Position numbers and translations under genes: made by a program | NCBI RefSeq assembly: GCF_006345805.1 | Contig: NC_043000.1 | Span: forward strand, 159,030,001-159,094,000 | DNA: 64,000 nucleotides | Reading direction: 5' to 3' | DNA from: Octopus sinensis | Lineage: Eukaryota | The notes under the pieces: model-generated | The model's input: the letters and a program-made list of their open reading frames with translations, nothing else | The model's database searches: none | What the model was told of the DNA's origin: nothing | In this document: one piece after another, positions 35,876 to 48,765 of the stretch | How the letters are laid out: every line of letters begins with the position of its first letter | How positions within the stretch are numbered: position 1 is the stretch's first letter

Positions 35876-37599
35876 TCAATGGTGCATGCATACATACATA
35901 TATACATACATACATACATACATACATACATACATACATACATACATACTACATACATTACATACATACATAATACTTACATACATACACATACATTTAT
36001 ATATATATATGTGGTGGGGGTGCGCACGGGGGAGAGAGAAAGAAAGAAAAAAATTAGGGAGGTGTATATATATATATATATATATATATATTCACATACA
36101 TACACTCACACAGATGGGCAGAGAGAAAAGAGAACGATGAAGGTAGATTTATCTACAAGTATGCGTATCTATGTTCGTGTCCAAACACTTCTGTTTACGT
36201 GAAATATATGAGCAATGTATAAATATTGATCTTTTTTTCTATCCTTCTGGTGGTGGGAAGGATAAGTTATATATGTAGATGCATGCGCAAACAAGTCTGA
36301 ACTCAGATGCACAAGCGCTACAGGATCTCAAGATTAACCGGTACATTTCCATCATCCTGAAGTTAGACGATAAATGTCCTCATCTGGCTTGCTCGATATT
36401 TTTATGAGTATCGTGTGTACTTGGAAGATATAATCGCCCTTTATTGGGACGGAAATGAATATACATAAGTTATCATTTGCTGATATCCTTATTTAAGAAG
36501 AAACAAGATGCTTTATTTTAAATTTTTAATAGCTAAAGCACATTATTTGCTATATGAATCCATATTCGAACCTAAGCAATCTTAACACTACATGTTTAAT
36601 TTCTCTCAATCTCTGAGTATAAAACATTCGAATGAATATTGGTATCAAACTCAGAACAACTAATCTAACTACAAACTTCTGAACTGCGCAGTTTTGAATG
36701 TAACAGTTGAAGTCAGACAATGTTATGAATTATTTGTTTGTCATATACACTCTGACAACGAATTTTCTACTACTCTTCATATTGATTACTTTAATCTCAT
36801 AATCGCTCGTGTCAGTAAGTTTGGAACATTGCCTGTATTGTGATGTTGTTGATTGCACATGATATACGTAGCATTAAATATGAACAATGATCTGAATAAA
36901 ACATTCACGCATTACCTTTTACATTTTATTCACTGGCAAAGATTTATTCGCAGTGCCCCAAACCTGTAAAATAGTGCATTTAGAGGATATCATGTATTAC
37001 CAGTTTCAAAAGGGCCAGTAATTTCTGGAAGTTATCCCTTGTCCTTGGAATGCAAGTCCTCTGAAATATACATACTTGTTTATTTTACTTGATACCGAGC
37101 TTACCCGAAAACGCCATTAATGTTTCCTATGGCCACTCTGCTACAGAAATCTAAATGAAGGTCCAAAACAGCGGCATTTCCCGACAGATAGTTGACAATG
37201 AAAATCTGGTAACATTATCGACACCAAGGGGTCCAGATATGGAATTCGCTTGAACCAAGACTGCAGATGCATCAAGTCAATGATGTTGGCAGAAAATTCA
37301 GCGATGGATCAGGGGAATTCGTCTTTTTCTTAAGAAGTGAAATTTCAGGCGATAAACAAATCTGATGGAAATATAACTGTAGCACGATGCATTTACGACG
37401 ATGTGCACATTCTGTACATCTGCCCGATCATTCACTGATAGCTTTTCCAGTATAGCCTGAACGTAACCTTCCGTCCGCATCTATCTGTCAGGTGTTTTAG
37501 ACAAAATCGGGTTTTAATTAATGTAATTGGTATGTCAGCACCCCTAAACGTTGGCCGACAGCATCGGTTTATTTCTCTAAACACCAAACAACAAACCAC

Positions 37600-38000
37600 T
37601 AATTTGTCCGAGTGAATTTGCTCATGATGTTATCACCTATTTGTTTAGTATTGTACCTGCCCACTCATCCTCTGTGGAATCAGGATCTCTGGACATACAT
37701 AGTTATTTTTCAACTCTTCTTCCAGTTATACGGGCATATATAAGTACAGTCTGTTATGCTGTTAAACTAAGCCTCTGGCACTCTTACTCCTCTGCTTGAT
37801 GCTGACATGTGAACATGGTCAGCTTTCCTTTCCCTTCCCATTTTACACCTGTTGCATAGCTGACCGGTCCTAAATCCTCTGTGTCCCACTAACACGTCTT
37901 GCTATTAGTGGTTTTTCGAATCCTTTAGGATTATCCTCTAAGCGTTATCCACCATTAGTCCCTTGGCTCTGAGACTATATTTTGCTCATTTCTTATTTAT
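37600..38000 (-). pseudogene. Possible decayed C-terminus of a restriction-like-endonuclease LINE
   Basis: Fragments LCNRCKMGRE..DHV and QHNRL resemble the CCHC knuckle + RHN motif; many stops. Confidence 0.3.
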
Positions 38001-38239
38001 TTCATCCTTGTCCTTCGTCCATCGTCTTAAATTGCATTTATAATGTCCACTTCCGAGTCGTTTGTTAACAGGGTATTGTTCGTTCTCGTCCCTCAGTCTT
38101 ATCAGTAATAGTGCGAAGCTAAGTAATATACCATCTGGTTGCGATGAAGAATTAAGGACCTTCTGTGTCTGTCTCTTGTCCGTTTCTGCACTCAGTATAC
38201 GTTATACATTTTTAATTGTCGTTTGTGTATATACAATAC

Positions 38240-38271
<32 letters not shown>

Positions 38272-38276
<5 letters not shown>

Positions 38277-38850
38277 AGTGTCGGACATGCGGGAGACGTG
38301 GCCTGCCCATCTCAGCTGAGCCTTGCGCATGATTGTGATGGTGCTAGGGAGATCTGCCTGCTTCAGAACTTCCGTGTCTGGGACTTTGTCCTGCCAGCGG
38401 ATGTGAAGGAGGTTCCGAAGACACCTGAGGTGGAAGTGGTTTATCTGGCGCTCGTGCCATCGGTAAGCAGGTCACCTCTCCTGCATGTCCGACACTCGCA
38501 TCCCAAAACAGCTCTTCTACGGTGAACTCAGCCAGGGCAAACGCAAAGTCGGAGGGCAGAAGAAGCGCTTCAAGGACAGTCTCAAAGTCTCTCTCAAAGA
38601 CTTCTCCATCGGCACAGAGACTTGGGAGACAATTGCTGCCGACCGCTCATCCTGGCGCAGCGCAATCACCACAGGGGCAAAGACAGCTGAGGAGAGACGG
38701 ATTCAGTCAGCAGAACAGAAACGCCAGATGCGGAAAGCCAGAGCCACCTGCACCAATAGCACAGCCCCTACCCACTTCTGCCCCACCTGTCTCATAGCAG
38801 CAATTCCACCAAATAATGTCAATGGTCATCTTCGAACCCGAAGAACGAAC
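38272..38850 (+). mobile_element. RTE-clade LINE 3' insertion with inverted 5' segment (38272-38482 minus, 38483-38850 plus)
   Basis: Minus part: INHFHLRCLRNLLHIRWQDKVPDTEVL..AQLRWAGHVSRMSDTRI; plus part: MSDTRIPKQLFYGELSQGKRKVGGQKKRFKD..CPTC; tail tggtcatcttcgaacccgaagaacgaac; embedded in (TA)n. Confidence 0.92.
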
Positions 38851-38856
38851 ATTATT

Positions 38857-38915
<59 letters not shown>

Positions 38916-38920
<5 letters not shown>

Positions 38921-39130
38921 TGGCAGGGCTGGCCTGCTAGGTAGCCGGCCAGAATGCTAGAAGAAGATCATCAACGATCAAACTACAAGGGAAATTCTCT
39001 AGAGGAAGAATTCAGCGGTTCTGGTGTTCGCTGAATTCTTCCTCTAGAGAATTTCCCTTGTAGTTTGATCGTTGATGATCTTCTTCTAGCATTCTGGCCG
39101 GCTACCTAGCAGGCCAGCCCTGCCAATATA
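38916..39130. repeat. Perfect palindrome: 102-bp arms, 11-nt spacer
   Basis: 38916-39017 is the exact reverse complement of 39029-39130; spacer gttctggtgtt. Confidence 0.97.
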
Positions 39131-39236
39131 CACATATATTTGAATTTTCTCTGACCCCTCAGATTTTTTGAATGCTGGACTACTGGTTTTAAATTGATAT
39201 TAAAATTAATATTAATTTATCTCCCTCAATTTTAAA

Positions 39237-39345
<109 letters not shown>

Positions 39346-39359
39346 TAATATATATAATA

Positions 39360-39393
<34 letters not shown>

Positions 39394-39552
39394 ATATACA
39401 TATATATATATATATATATATACATACATATGTGGATACAAACATACATACATACAGTCATAAACGTATAAGAAATAGAGAAATGGAAGAAATGAGTAAG
39501 TAACTGTGTACTCATTTGCCTCTTTCTCCTTCTGTCACTCTCTCCTGATATA

Positions 39553-40794
39553 TCAGGTCATCCCATAAGTTCTATCCGAATTTTGAATAAAGAAAACAAG
39601 TGATTAAATGTTGTATTTAATTGCAATTTAATCATAAATGTACTTTCCCTGATTATCTATGACTTCCTTCCATATATTTATAAACTTCTTAATCCCATCA
39701 ATGTAGAACTCTTTTGGTTTCAAGACGAAGAACTCTGAAATGTCAGTTTCGACCTCCTCCTAGCTTGCGAAAGTTATGTCCCTCAAATGATACAGTAAAC
39801 TACGAAACAAATGGTAGTCTGAAGGACCAAGTTAGGGAGAATAAGGTGGATGAGAAAATTTTTCCCAACCAAGCTCTTCGATCTTCTGTGATGTGATCTT
39901 TGCAGTGTGTGGTTGCGCATTATCCTGATGAAACCTCACTCCCTTTTGATTCACTAAAGAGGGGTCTTTTTTTATTGAAAACTTGGTTCAAACGCTCTAA
40001 TTGCTGACTTGAGCATTGATTGTTGCATTAGGTGGTAACAATTCAAAGTGAATTACTCCTTTGCATTACCCCCTCCCCCCAGATAGAGAGAAGAACCTTT
40101 TTCGTATGAATTCATCTTCTCGGATGTGGTTGAGCTTTGTTCCCTTTTACCAAGTCACTGTTTACGACATTTAACATTTCGATCCATTTTTCGTCACCAT
40201 TCAGCAGTCTATCCAAAAAGAGTGAAATAAGTTCGCGAGGATGGAGAGAAGGGCAGATGTCAACTCGGGATTTGCGGTTGCTTTCGGACAATTCATGAGG
40301 CACTCATTTTCCAAGTTTAGGAACCTTTCCAAGTTGTTGAAAATGACGATGAACAGTTGTATGGTTTGAACTAAGCTTTATTGTCAATTCTTCAACTGAT
40401 AATGCAGAATTTTTTGCTTATCATCAAACTCAACTGGACGACCTGTTCGATCTTCATCTTCAAGGCTGAAATCTCCACTTCGAATGTTGCAAACCATCTT
40501 CTGCAAGTTTTTTCATTCAAGCATTCTTTCCTATAAACTGAGTGTATGTTTCGAGGCGCTTCGGCTGCAGAGTTTCTTCTTTTGTATTCAAAGCATTATG
40601 TGCCTCAAATGTTAGAAAGGATTTTAATCAAAGAAATTTTAATTCTGTTATTCTGTAAAATAATATTTATCTAGTTTAAATATATACAAATGCATAAAAA
40701 TAATTTTTAATTCCATTAGACATTCTAAAATACACTTAAATTTCATTCAATTTTAAAAAAGGGAAAATCAGATACAACTTATGGGATGACCTGA
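39553..40794 (-). mobile_element. Mariner transposon, about 1.24 kb, both TIRs present, transposase decayed
   Basis: TIR tcaggtcatcccataagttctatccg (39553) vs cagatacaacttatgggatgacctga (40769-40794), 2 mismatches in 26; TA-rich flanks; protein HLRHIML..RRWFA..GDFSLEDEDRTGRP..PHELSESNRKSRV..FLDRLLNGDEKWI. Confidence 0.92.
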
Positions 40795-40835
40795 ATATAT
40801 ATATATATATATTATATATATATACACATATATAC

Positions 40836-40882
<47 letters not shown>

Positions 40883-40960
40883 CTATATATATATATATAC
40901 ACATATATACTTATATATATACACACATATATATATATATATTATATATATATACACACA

Positions 40961-41050
<90 letters not shown>

Positions 41051-42586
41051 TATATAGATATATGTATATATACATGTATAAATATATGTATATTATAGAT
41101 ATAAAATTAAATAATACGGGTAGAAATATTAATATTATTAAATAAAATCAATTTTAACCACTGACCAAGCATACTTAAAAATGTCCGAAGACTATAAATC
41201 ATATTACATATATAAATAATTTGGTGTTCTTGTGCATATAAGTCAAATGTTATTCAGCAGCCTGGAAAATATTTTGTTGCAGATGAATTTCGATGTTCTC
41301 GTAGATATTCACTTTATGGTCTGTGATTCCAAGAGTTGGAAACTTTGCCTAATACCTTCTAAGTTATGAGGTTTTATCGAATAATATCTTGTTTATATAG
41401 CTCTGGGAAAAGTTTTCTGATCAACTCAAGGATATTTCTGCTTAAGGTCATATTCATCTAGATGATATTTCTATTATAATATTTATTATAATAGTTATTG
41501 TTTAAAGTTATTAAATTCTGTTTGCAAGAGAATAGATGGAAAATTCTCATAGTAATAGCAAAAACAAAGAGCTTCCATTATTTTTCGACTTTTTATATGT
41601 GACCTGTGACTGCACTGGAATCGTTACATGTGAAAGCAAAATGCATCACATTTTATTTGATCTGAGAATTATCTCTAAGATGTATCTTTTGTATCATTGA
41701 TATATATATAATGTTTGATCATTGCTCCAGCATTTTAAAAGACCCACATCATTCAAGATCAAGTAAGTTATCTCCCATCAATTAGAAAGTATGTGTTTTA
41801 CAGCTATTCCTTCTGGTCTTCAAATTTCCGGTAATCATTTATTCTATATCCTCCCTTGGATTGTGAATGAAGTGGTTAATGAAATGATATTTATTCTATG
41901 ACACCATATTTCAGAACAAATGCAATTTTCCTCGACATATACGTTTTGGCTCGCTATCAGCAAGTTTTCTATGTAAATATATTCAGAACAAGAATCTCAA
42001 ACTGTCCTAGATGTGACATCTATCATAAATTGGGGCAAAGTGATTGAGCGTATCGCGCTGAATATATTGAAACAGGTGACAAACTTGACATATTCAGATT
42101 TATTTTATGCTGAAAGCTGTGTGCAGATGTGAGCTTTTATCCCCACACATATATGTGTGTCTGCTTATGTATAGCTGTGAGAATGTATGTTACGAAACAA
42201 ATATACAGCAGTTGAAACTTAATCATGCGATAAATCACAATAAGACTAATTTTTTTCTCTCGTGATACTTAGGGTGTCGACTGACTGAGAGTCATAAGGA
42301 GTCACTAGTTCAATTGCCTGGCTGTGAATATATTAAGCATTTTAAAGTGTCGAAAACTACATTCATATACTTTCTCTTCCATTTAACATGAATATGCAAC
42401 ATATATTATTTTCTTTAACAATTTTTTGCATAATCAACATTGATAATGTTTTTTTTTATGTGTAATTTGTGAATTATTTTCATATCTAATTCAAACACTC
42501 TGTTTCATATTCTTTCTCTGTATCTCTTAATATTGATTTTTTGTCTTTGGATTCAACAAAGGTTTGTGCACAATATATATATATAT

Positions 42587-42631
<45 letters not shown>

Positions 42632-42889
42632 TGTGTGAGTGTGTGTGTGTGCGTGCGTGCGTGAGTGTGAGTGTTTATGTGGGAGTATATATACAGTTCA
42701 CGGTAAGTCAACGTATATGTGTGTTTGTATATTATGTGGGGGCGGGTACATGTTAAGTATATTGAAGTGTGTGGGATGGATAGAAACTGAAGATTAACGT
42801 GAACATGAAGAATAAAAATTCAAAATTGAAATCAAAAATAAGAAAAGAAAATGAAAAATGAAATGTAAAATAAAATTAAAATGTTTTAA

Positions 42890-43014
42890 AGAAGGTGTGT
42901 GGTGAATGTCATTGGAAGGAAGGGAGTTTGAGTTCGGAGAATAATACATATATATGTATATATATGCACACGTATTCGTATCTCTTCTCAATTCGGGCAT
43001 TTGATACTTTCGCA

Positions 43015-43109
<95 letters not shown>

Positions 43110-43440
43110 TATATAAATATAAAAATAAAAATATAAATATAAATATAAAAATGTAAATATGAACTGCAAAAGTATCAAATGCCCGAATTGAGAAGAGATA
43201 CGAATACGTTGGTCAGACTGGGAATGAATTATCGGAACGTTCACGTGTGCACCGACAGCAAATTGGGGACCCTGGTAACCGTCAGACTCTTTTAAGCAAT
43301 CATCTGGCAATATGTGATCAGAAAAAGTTCATAATATTCCCATTCTACAAACTTCACAACTCTAGGGAAGTTGAGAGTATAATCAGAGAAAAGAATTTTA
43401 TTGATAAATTCAAACCCATTTTAAATGGACAGTTATATAA
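42890..43440 (+). mobile_element. Penelope-like element Cys linker + GIY-YIG endonuclease C-terminal fragment, split by (TA)n
   Basis: CGECH / GREFEFG (about 42899-42945), [48 protein letters not shown] (about 43175-43430). Confidence 0.75.
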
Positions 43441-44056
43441 CGGCAATCACTATAATGATAATAAAAATAAGTACTACTGCTACCACCACCACCAATAACA
43501 ACAACAAAAATAAAGGTGATAGGGAGGATGGTCGTAGTGTTGACTCGATTGAACATTGAACATTGACTCGATTGATACGTAAATATTTCTGGAATATTAA
43601 CAATAGAATTCAATGAAAACAGGTATGTTGTCATACGACATTCCAGAATATAGCCAAACAATTATCCATTTAGGTGCAGTCAAAGTAAAGAATCCTTGAT
43701 GTGTCCACCAAACTGAAACGCCACATACTGATTGGTTGAAATACAATTAAAACTGAGTTGCCGCGGATAGCAAGCCGTGACATCTAAGCAACATACTGAG
43801 TGGTCAAAATACAGTTCGTAAGGTGATTCAGTCCACAGGAGCCCTATCGGAAGGTATTTAAAAGATAAATCCAACCCTTTCCCTACATTTGTCAAATGTG
43901 GAACACGACTGTCACTATATAAACCGTAAAGCACAAACGTACCAGTTTATTTCAATATTGTAAAATTGTACAAATTAGAAATATTAAAACGTGAAAACCC
44001 GACTTAATTGTAATTTCATTGAGTAATATATTGCATATATAAGTATGAATATATAT

Positions 44057-44160
<104 letters not shown>

Positions 44161-44835
44161 AAATCTGTGGTGCATCTACATAACCATTGTGATGAACTGT
44201 CTGTGAACTAATGATTTAGCATAACGCAGGCGATATAGCTGCTAAGTAGAAAATAGTCTCTGATTAAGCAATTTAGAATAATGACATTAGAAAACTTTCC
44301 AGTAATTCATTTTATACGAATGCCTGAATAGAATATAGTTATGTGCAGGCTAACAACCATAAGTTGCTAGATCAGCAAATAGAGTAAACTAATTTAAATT
44401 ATTATTATAATGAAGATATAAGCCATTTAAACTAGTAAAAATTCCTGTCAAGATTGGCTGAGGCACGATCTCCGAAACTCAAATTAGTGAATAACTGTAT
44501 TAGGACCATCGTTCATTTGCGAGTGACAAGATTCGTAGGTGTGTTATTCTTAATTTATTACGGTTAATACCCCCACGGTATATACATAAACTTTTCTCAG
44601 ATTTAAGTCCCACTATCTTCACTGAGATATCGAATAATGACTCTCTTTTCTTTCCACCGGTCACTGGTAGCCGAATGGCTATCTGCTTATACAGTATTTG
44701 GTTGGCATCTCATCGTCCAACTGTTGTAATTTATCGTTTAGTTCATGATCGGGGACTGGTTCCTATGGAAGCAAGAGAATTTCCAAACCCCAGTGAGTCA
44801 GGCACGCTCTAATTACAATGTCATGTCTTCTACAA

Positions 44836-45560
44836 TGGTACTTAAATTATCCCCGAAAGTATGAAAGGCAAAGTCAACTTCAGCGGAATTTGAACCCAGA
44901 ACGTATCAGCAGACGAAATACCTATTTCTTTACTACCCACAAGGGGCTAAACACAGAGGGGACAAACAAGGACAGTTAACAAGGACAAACAATATCACAA
45001 TTAACTCAAGAAACTATATTTCAAATTAATTCCGTATAACATGTAGGGACTTATGAAAATAGAAGAGTCATTTTGCCTGTTTAGTCTGGTGTTTGCAATA
45101 GTAGTGTAGTACCTCGTATATTCCAAATATAAGGAACTAAAACCATTTCACAGACATAAATCAAAAGGAGTGACCTGGCAGAAACTTTAGCAGGCCGGGC
45201 GAAATGCGTAGTCGTATTTCGTCTGCCGCTACGTTCTGAGTTCAAATTCCGCCGACGTCGACTTTGCCTTTCATCCTTTCGAGGTCGATTAAATAAGTAC
45301 CAGTTGCGCACTGGGGTCGATGTAATCGACTTAATCCGTTTGTCTGTCCTTGTTTGTTCCCTCTGTGTTTAGCCCCTTGTGGGTAGTAAAGAAATAGGTA
45401 TTTCGTCTGCTGCTACGTTCTGAGTTCAAATTCCGCTGAAGTTGACTTTGGCTTTCATACTTTCGGGGATAATTTAAGTACCAGTTGAGTACTGGGGTCG
45501 ATGTAATCGACTTTCCCCTTACCCCAAAATTTCAGGTATTGTGCCTATAGCAGAAAATAT
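44836..45560. mobile_element. SINE family C: head-to-tail dimer (45166-45560 +) and an inverted 140-bp copy of its junction (44836-44975)
   Basis: gacctggcagaaactttagc..gttctgagttcaaattccgccgacgtcgactttgcctttcatcctttcgaggtcgattaaataagtaccag; 44836-44975 is about 97% identical to the reverse complement of 45344-45483. Confidence 0.88.
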
Positions 45561-45964
45561 TTCAGATACATAAATCTGGAGTCTATAGAAAATATAATAC
45601 ATTACTGATAATGAAAAGTATAATGATAAATGATTATTGACAAAGAAATAGAGAGATTAATAAATGTATTAGAAATAGAGAGATTAACTAAGTTATATAA
45701 CAAAATGAAAGTGATTGATATATTAAGTGAAGATTATTTTGTTTTTTTTCCTCAGAAAGTTGCATAGAGCGTAATGTATATCTCTGAATATTTTATTAAC
45801 GTAACGATATTTTTAATTTTGATTTAGCATTGTCCTGTATATGTTTAGTTCTTGTTGGTTTGCTTCTTACATTTGTTTTCAATTATGTAGGGAGAATTTG
45901 CTGTTATTCGCAGCATATTTCTTATATCATGTCTCATATCGTCAATATTATTTGCAGAAACAAA

Positions 45965-46860
45965 GTGGCGAGCAGGCAGAATGGTTAGTATGCCAGGCAT
46001 AATGATTAGCAGCATTTCGTTTTTCTCTATGCTCTGAGCTCAAACTTACTTTTCGTCCGTTCGGGTTTGATAAAATAAGAATCAGTTAAACACTGGGGTC
46101 GATGTAGTCTACTTTTCCCTCTCCTAAAATTGCTAGCCCTGTGCCTAAATCTGAAACAAATATTATCACCTGAAACATCTTACTCGTCGAGCAAACAACA
46201 TCACTGGTGAGAAAAAGCTTAGTAACTTTATTTTCCGGTCTTTTGAGTTCTCTCTTACTATTCGGCAATTCGTCAAAGTCTTTATCTTTCTTCGTCTAAA
46301 AGATGATAAAATATCTACCAATTAAACATTGACGTATAACCGACTTCTCCTTCCCTATAATTGTTGGCCTTGTGTCAAAATTTTAAGACATTATAAGCTG
46401 AAACAACGGTGAAGTGGCAAATATGTGGCGAGCTAGCAGAACCGTTAGCGTATCGGTTATAGTGTATAGTGGTGTTTCTTCCGGCACTCTACATTTTGAG
46501 TTCTTATTAAGCCGATGTTAACTTTGCTTTTCATCCCTTTGGAGTCGATAAAATGAGTATCAGTTGGGTACTAGGATCAATATAATCGACTAGCCCCCAC
46601 CCTACGCAAATTTCAAGACTTGAGCCTATAGTGGAAAGAACTATTATTATGACTTGGTAAATTCGTTAGCAGACCGCACAAATAAGATTATTTGCAAGTC
46701 ATCCGGATCTTTATGTTCTGAGTTCAAATGCGACCGACGTCTACTTTGCCTTTTATCCATTCAGGGGGGGGGGTCAATAAAATAGGTATCAGTTGAACAT
46801 CGGTTGACCAATGCAATCGACGAGTCCCCTCTGAAAATTAGAGATCTTGTGCCTATCGTA
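45965..46860 (+). mobile_element. Three more diverged SINE C copies (about 45965-46160, 46405-46630, 46650-46860)
   Basis: Each has ggcgagc(a/t)ggcagaa..ttctgag(c/t)tcaaa..gtcgataaaa..agt..cagtt..ggggtcgat-like blocks. Confidence 0.75.
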
Positions 46861-48615
46861 GAATTTGTTGTAATTTTCAAGGAAAATTTCGGTAAATTAG
46901 AGAATTATTATGAATCATTTTTAGCAAATGGTTACAATTTCCATCAGCATTATTGCATCAGATTACGTCAGGGAATCCTTTCAGTTGCAATCTATGAATA
47001 TCAATTATTGTCAAACGAAAGAAAGGAAAAAGAATTCCGCTAAAATTTGCTCTGGGTAAGAAAATATCTTATTACACAGTGCTTGCTAGTTTTTGCCAAA
47101 TTACTGACTACAAATATTCTACTACTAATATTTTCATATCTATGAATATAAATTTCTTACATGGACGGAACGTTATAAATTTGGTAGTAGGAGGGTAGTT
47201 GATTTCATCAACTTCAGTACCTGAATGGAACTTTATTTCATCTAGAACATGGAAAGTAGATCTAACTTCAGCAGGATTTCAACTCATTTCGCAGAGAAGC
47301 ATAGCCAACAACGGAAAGGAATTTTCTTTCCCACCCTGGCATATCCGCCAACTCACTGCCCATATCGTTTGTATCGATGTTGATACATTGCTATTACAAT
47401 CAACATAAGATCAATTATAATATTTCTGCTATAAGCTACTGAAACATTTCTATGTTCGTGTTGTAGATCAACGGAATCACTTTGCCTCAAAATTCAATTA
47501 CATTACCAAGAGGTATTGAAGTGGAAGATCAGGGGAAAGTGGTGTCGTCTATAAAAAGACAGGAAGAAAGAAGAAAAAGCGTTTAAAGATTTGTCTTTTC
47601 GATACTGCTTTAAATTTGAAAATTGGTGGATGAGTAATGATTGACTTTGCATTGATGATGATGATGATGATGTTTGCACTGGTAATTGTTAGGCCGGAGG
47701 TAGCGACGACACGGAGAGTGGTTGACTCTACGTTGTAACTATTTATTGTTTTAAATGCAATGGTTTTCAATTGTTTCGACTATGATTAGAATGTATACCT
47801 CTTTATAATGATTTTCTTTCTACGATTTCTTGAAACAAACAATAATCGTCCATTGCCGAGAATTGAATATGATTGCCTATTGAAGTGGACAGCAGGACGT
47901 GATTTCTTTGAACATGACAGCCATTGTTGCAGTGACAATATCCATACGCTACATAGCACTTCTATGATAAAAGGATGTTCAGTTTCCAACGTATTTGGCA
48001 TTTTCGCAGTAATAGAAAATTCTTACTTTTTTATCAATTGCGCTGTATTTGATTTACTATTTATTGGAAAATGTCTTTTTTCTGAGGCATGAGTTAAATC
48101 CATGTAGACTAACTGTTCTTTAACAAGTTAACATGTGAGCTTCTGCTACTTGCTATAAGTAGCCATCGAATTCTTACAAATCTCACCCGCAGTCTTAAAA
48201 GACAGACAAAACACTGGACTACGAACTTTTGGTTACACCAAAATACGGGTGGTAATGACTGTAAAACATTTAAACATAAGCCTGCTTACCCATGGCTTAC
48301 ACGGATGTTAAACTTTTATTTCCATAGATAACAAACCGAGGATTTTCCTTGGATCTGTGTATACTCATCTTAAACGTGAATCTTAACCTAATCCGTTTCC
48401 ATAGGCAAATATTCTTTGGGATTCAGTGGAGGTAACTTGTACTGAAAACTTAGCTCATAGGAGAATGCTTTCAGAACCTTAGCTGTTTTTGTTTTGATTG
48501 CTTACGAATGTCAAAAATGCAAGCTAAATTTTATTACAAGTTCTCTCCTAAAAACATTCTGTTATGAGAATGATAATTTTACATTCCAGCAAATATATTG
48601 CATCATTACTTGTTG

Positions 48616-48649
<34 letters not shown>

Positions 48650-48715
48650 TGTATGTATGTATGTATGTATGCATGTATGCATGTATGCATGTATGCATGT
48701 ATATATATTATAAAT

Positions 48716-48765
<50 letters not shown>

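Noticed and set aside
36990-37330. Possible minus-strand exons (RTCIPRTRDNFQKLLALLKL; DFCSRVAIGNINGVF) or a Harbinger remnant
   Set aside because: Splice signals are weak, peptides not recognisable, flanking frames have stops.
43187-43192. TGA at the second Cys of a CPNC motif in the PLE endonuclease, suggesting selenocysteine as reported for some PLEs
   Set aside because: Single decayed copy with an adjacent frameshift and no SECIS identified; a TGT-to-TGA mutation is simpler.
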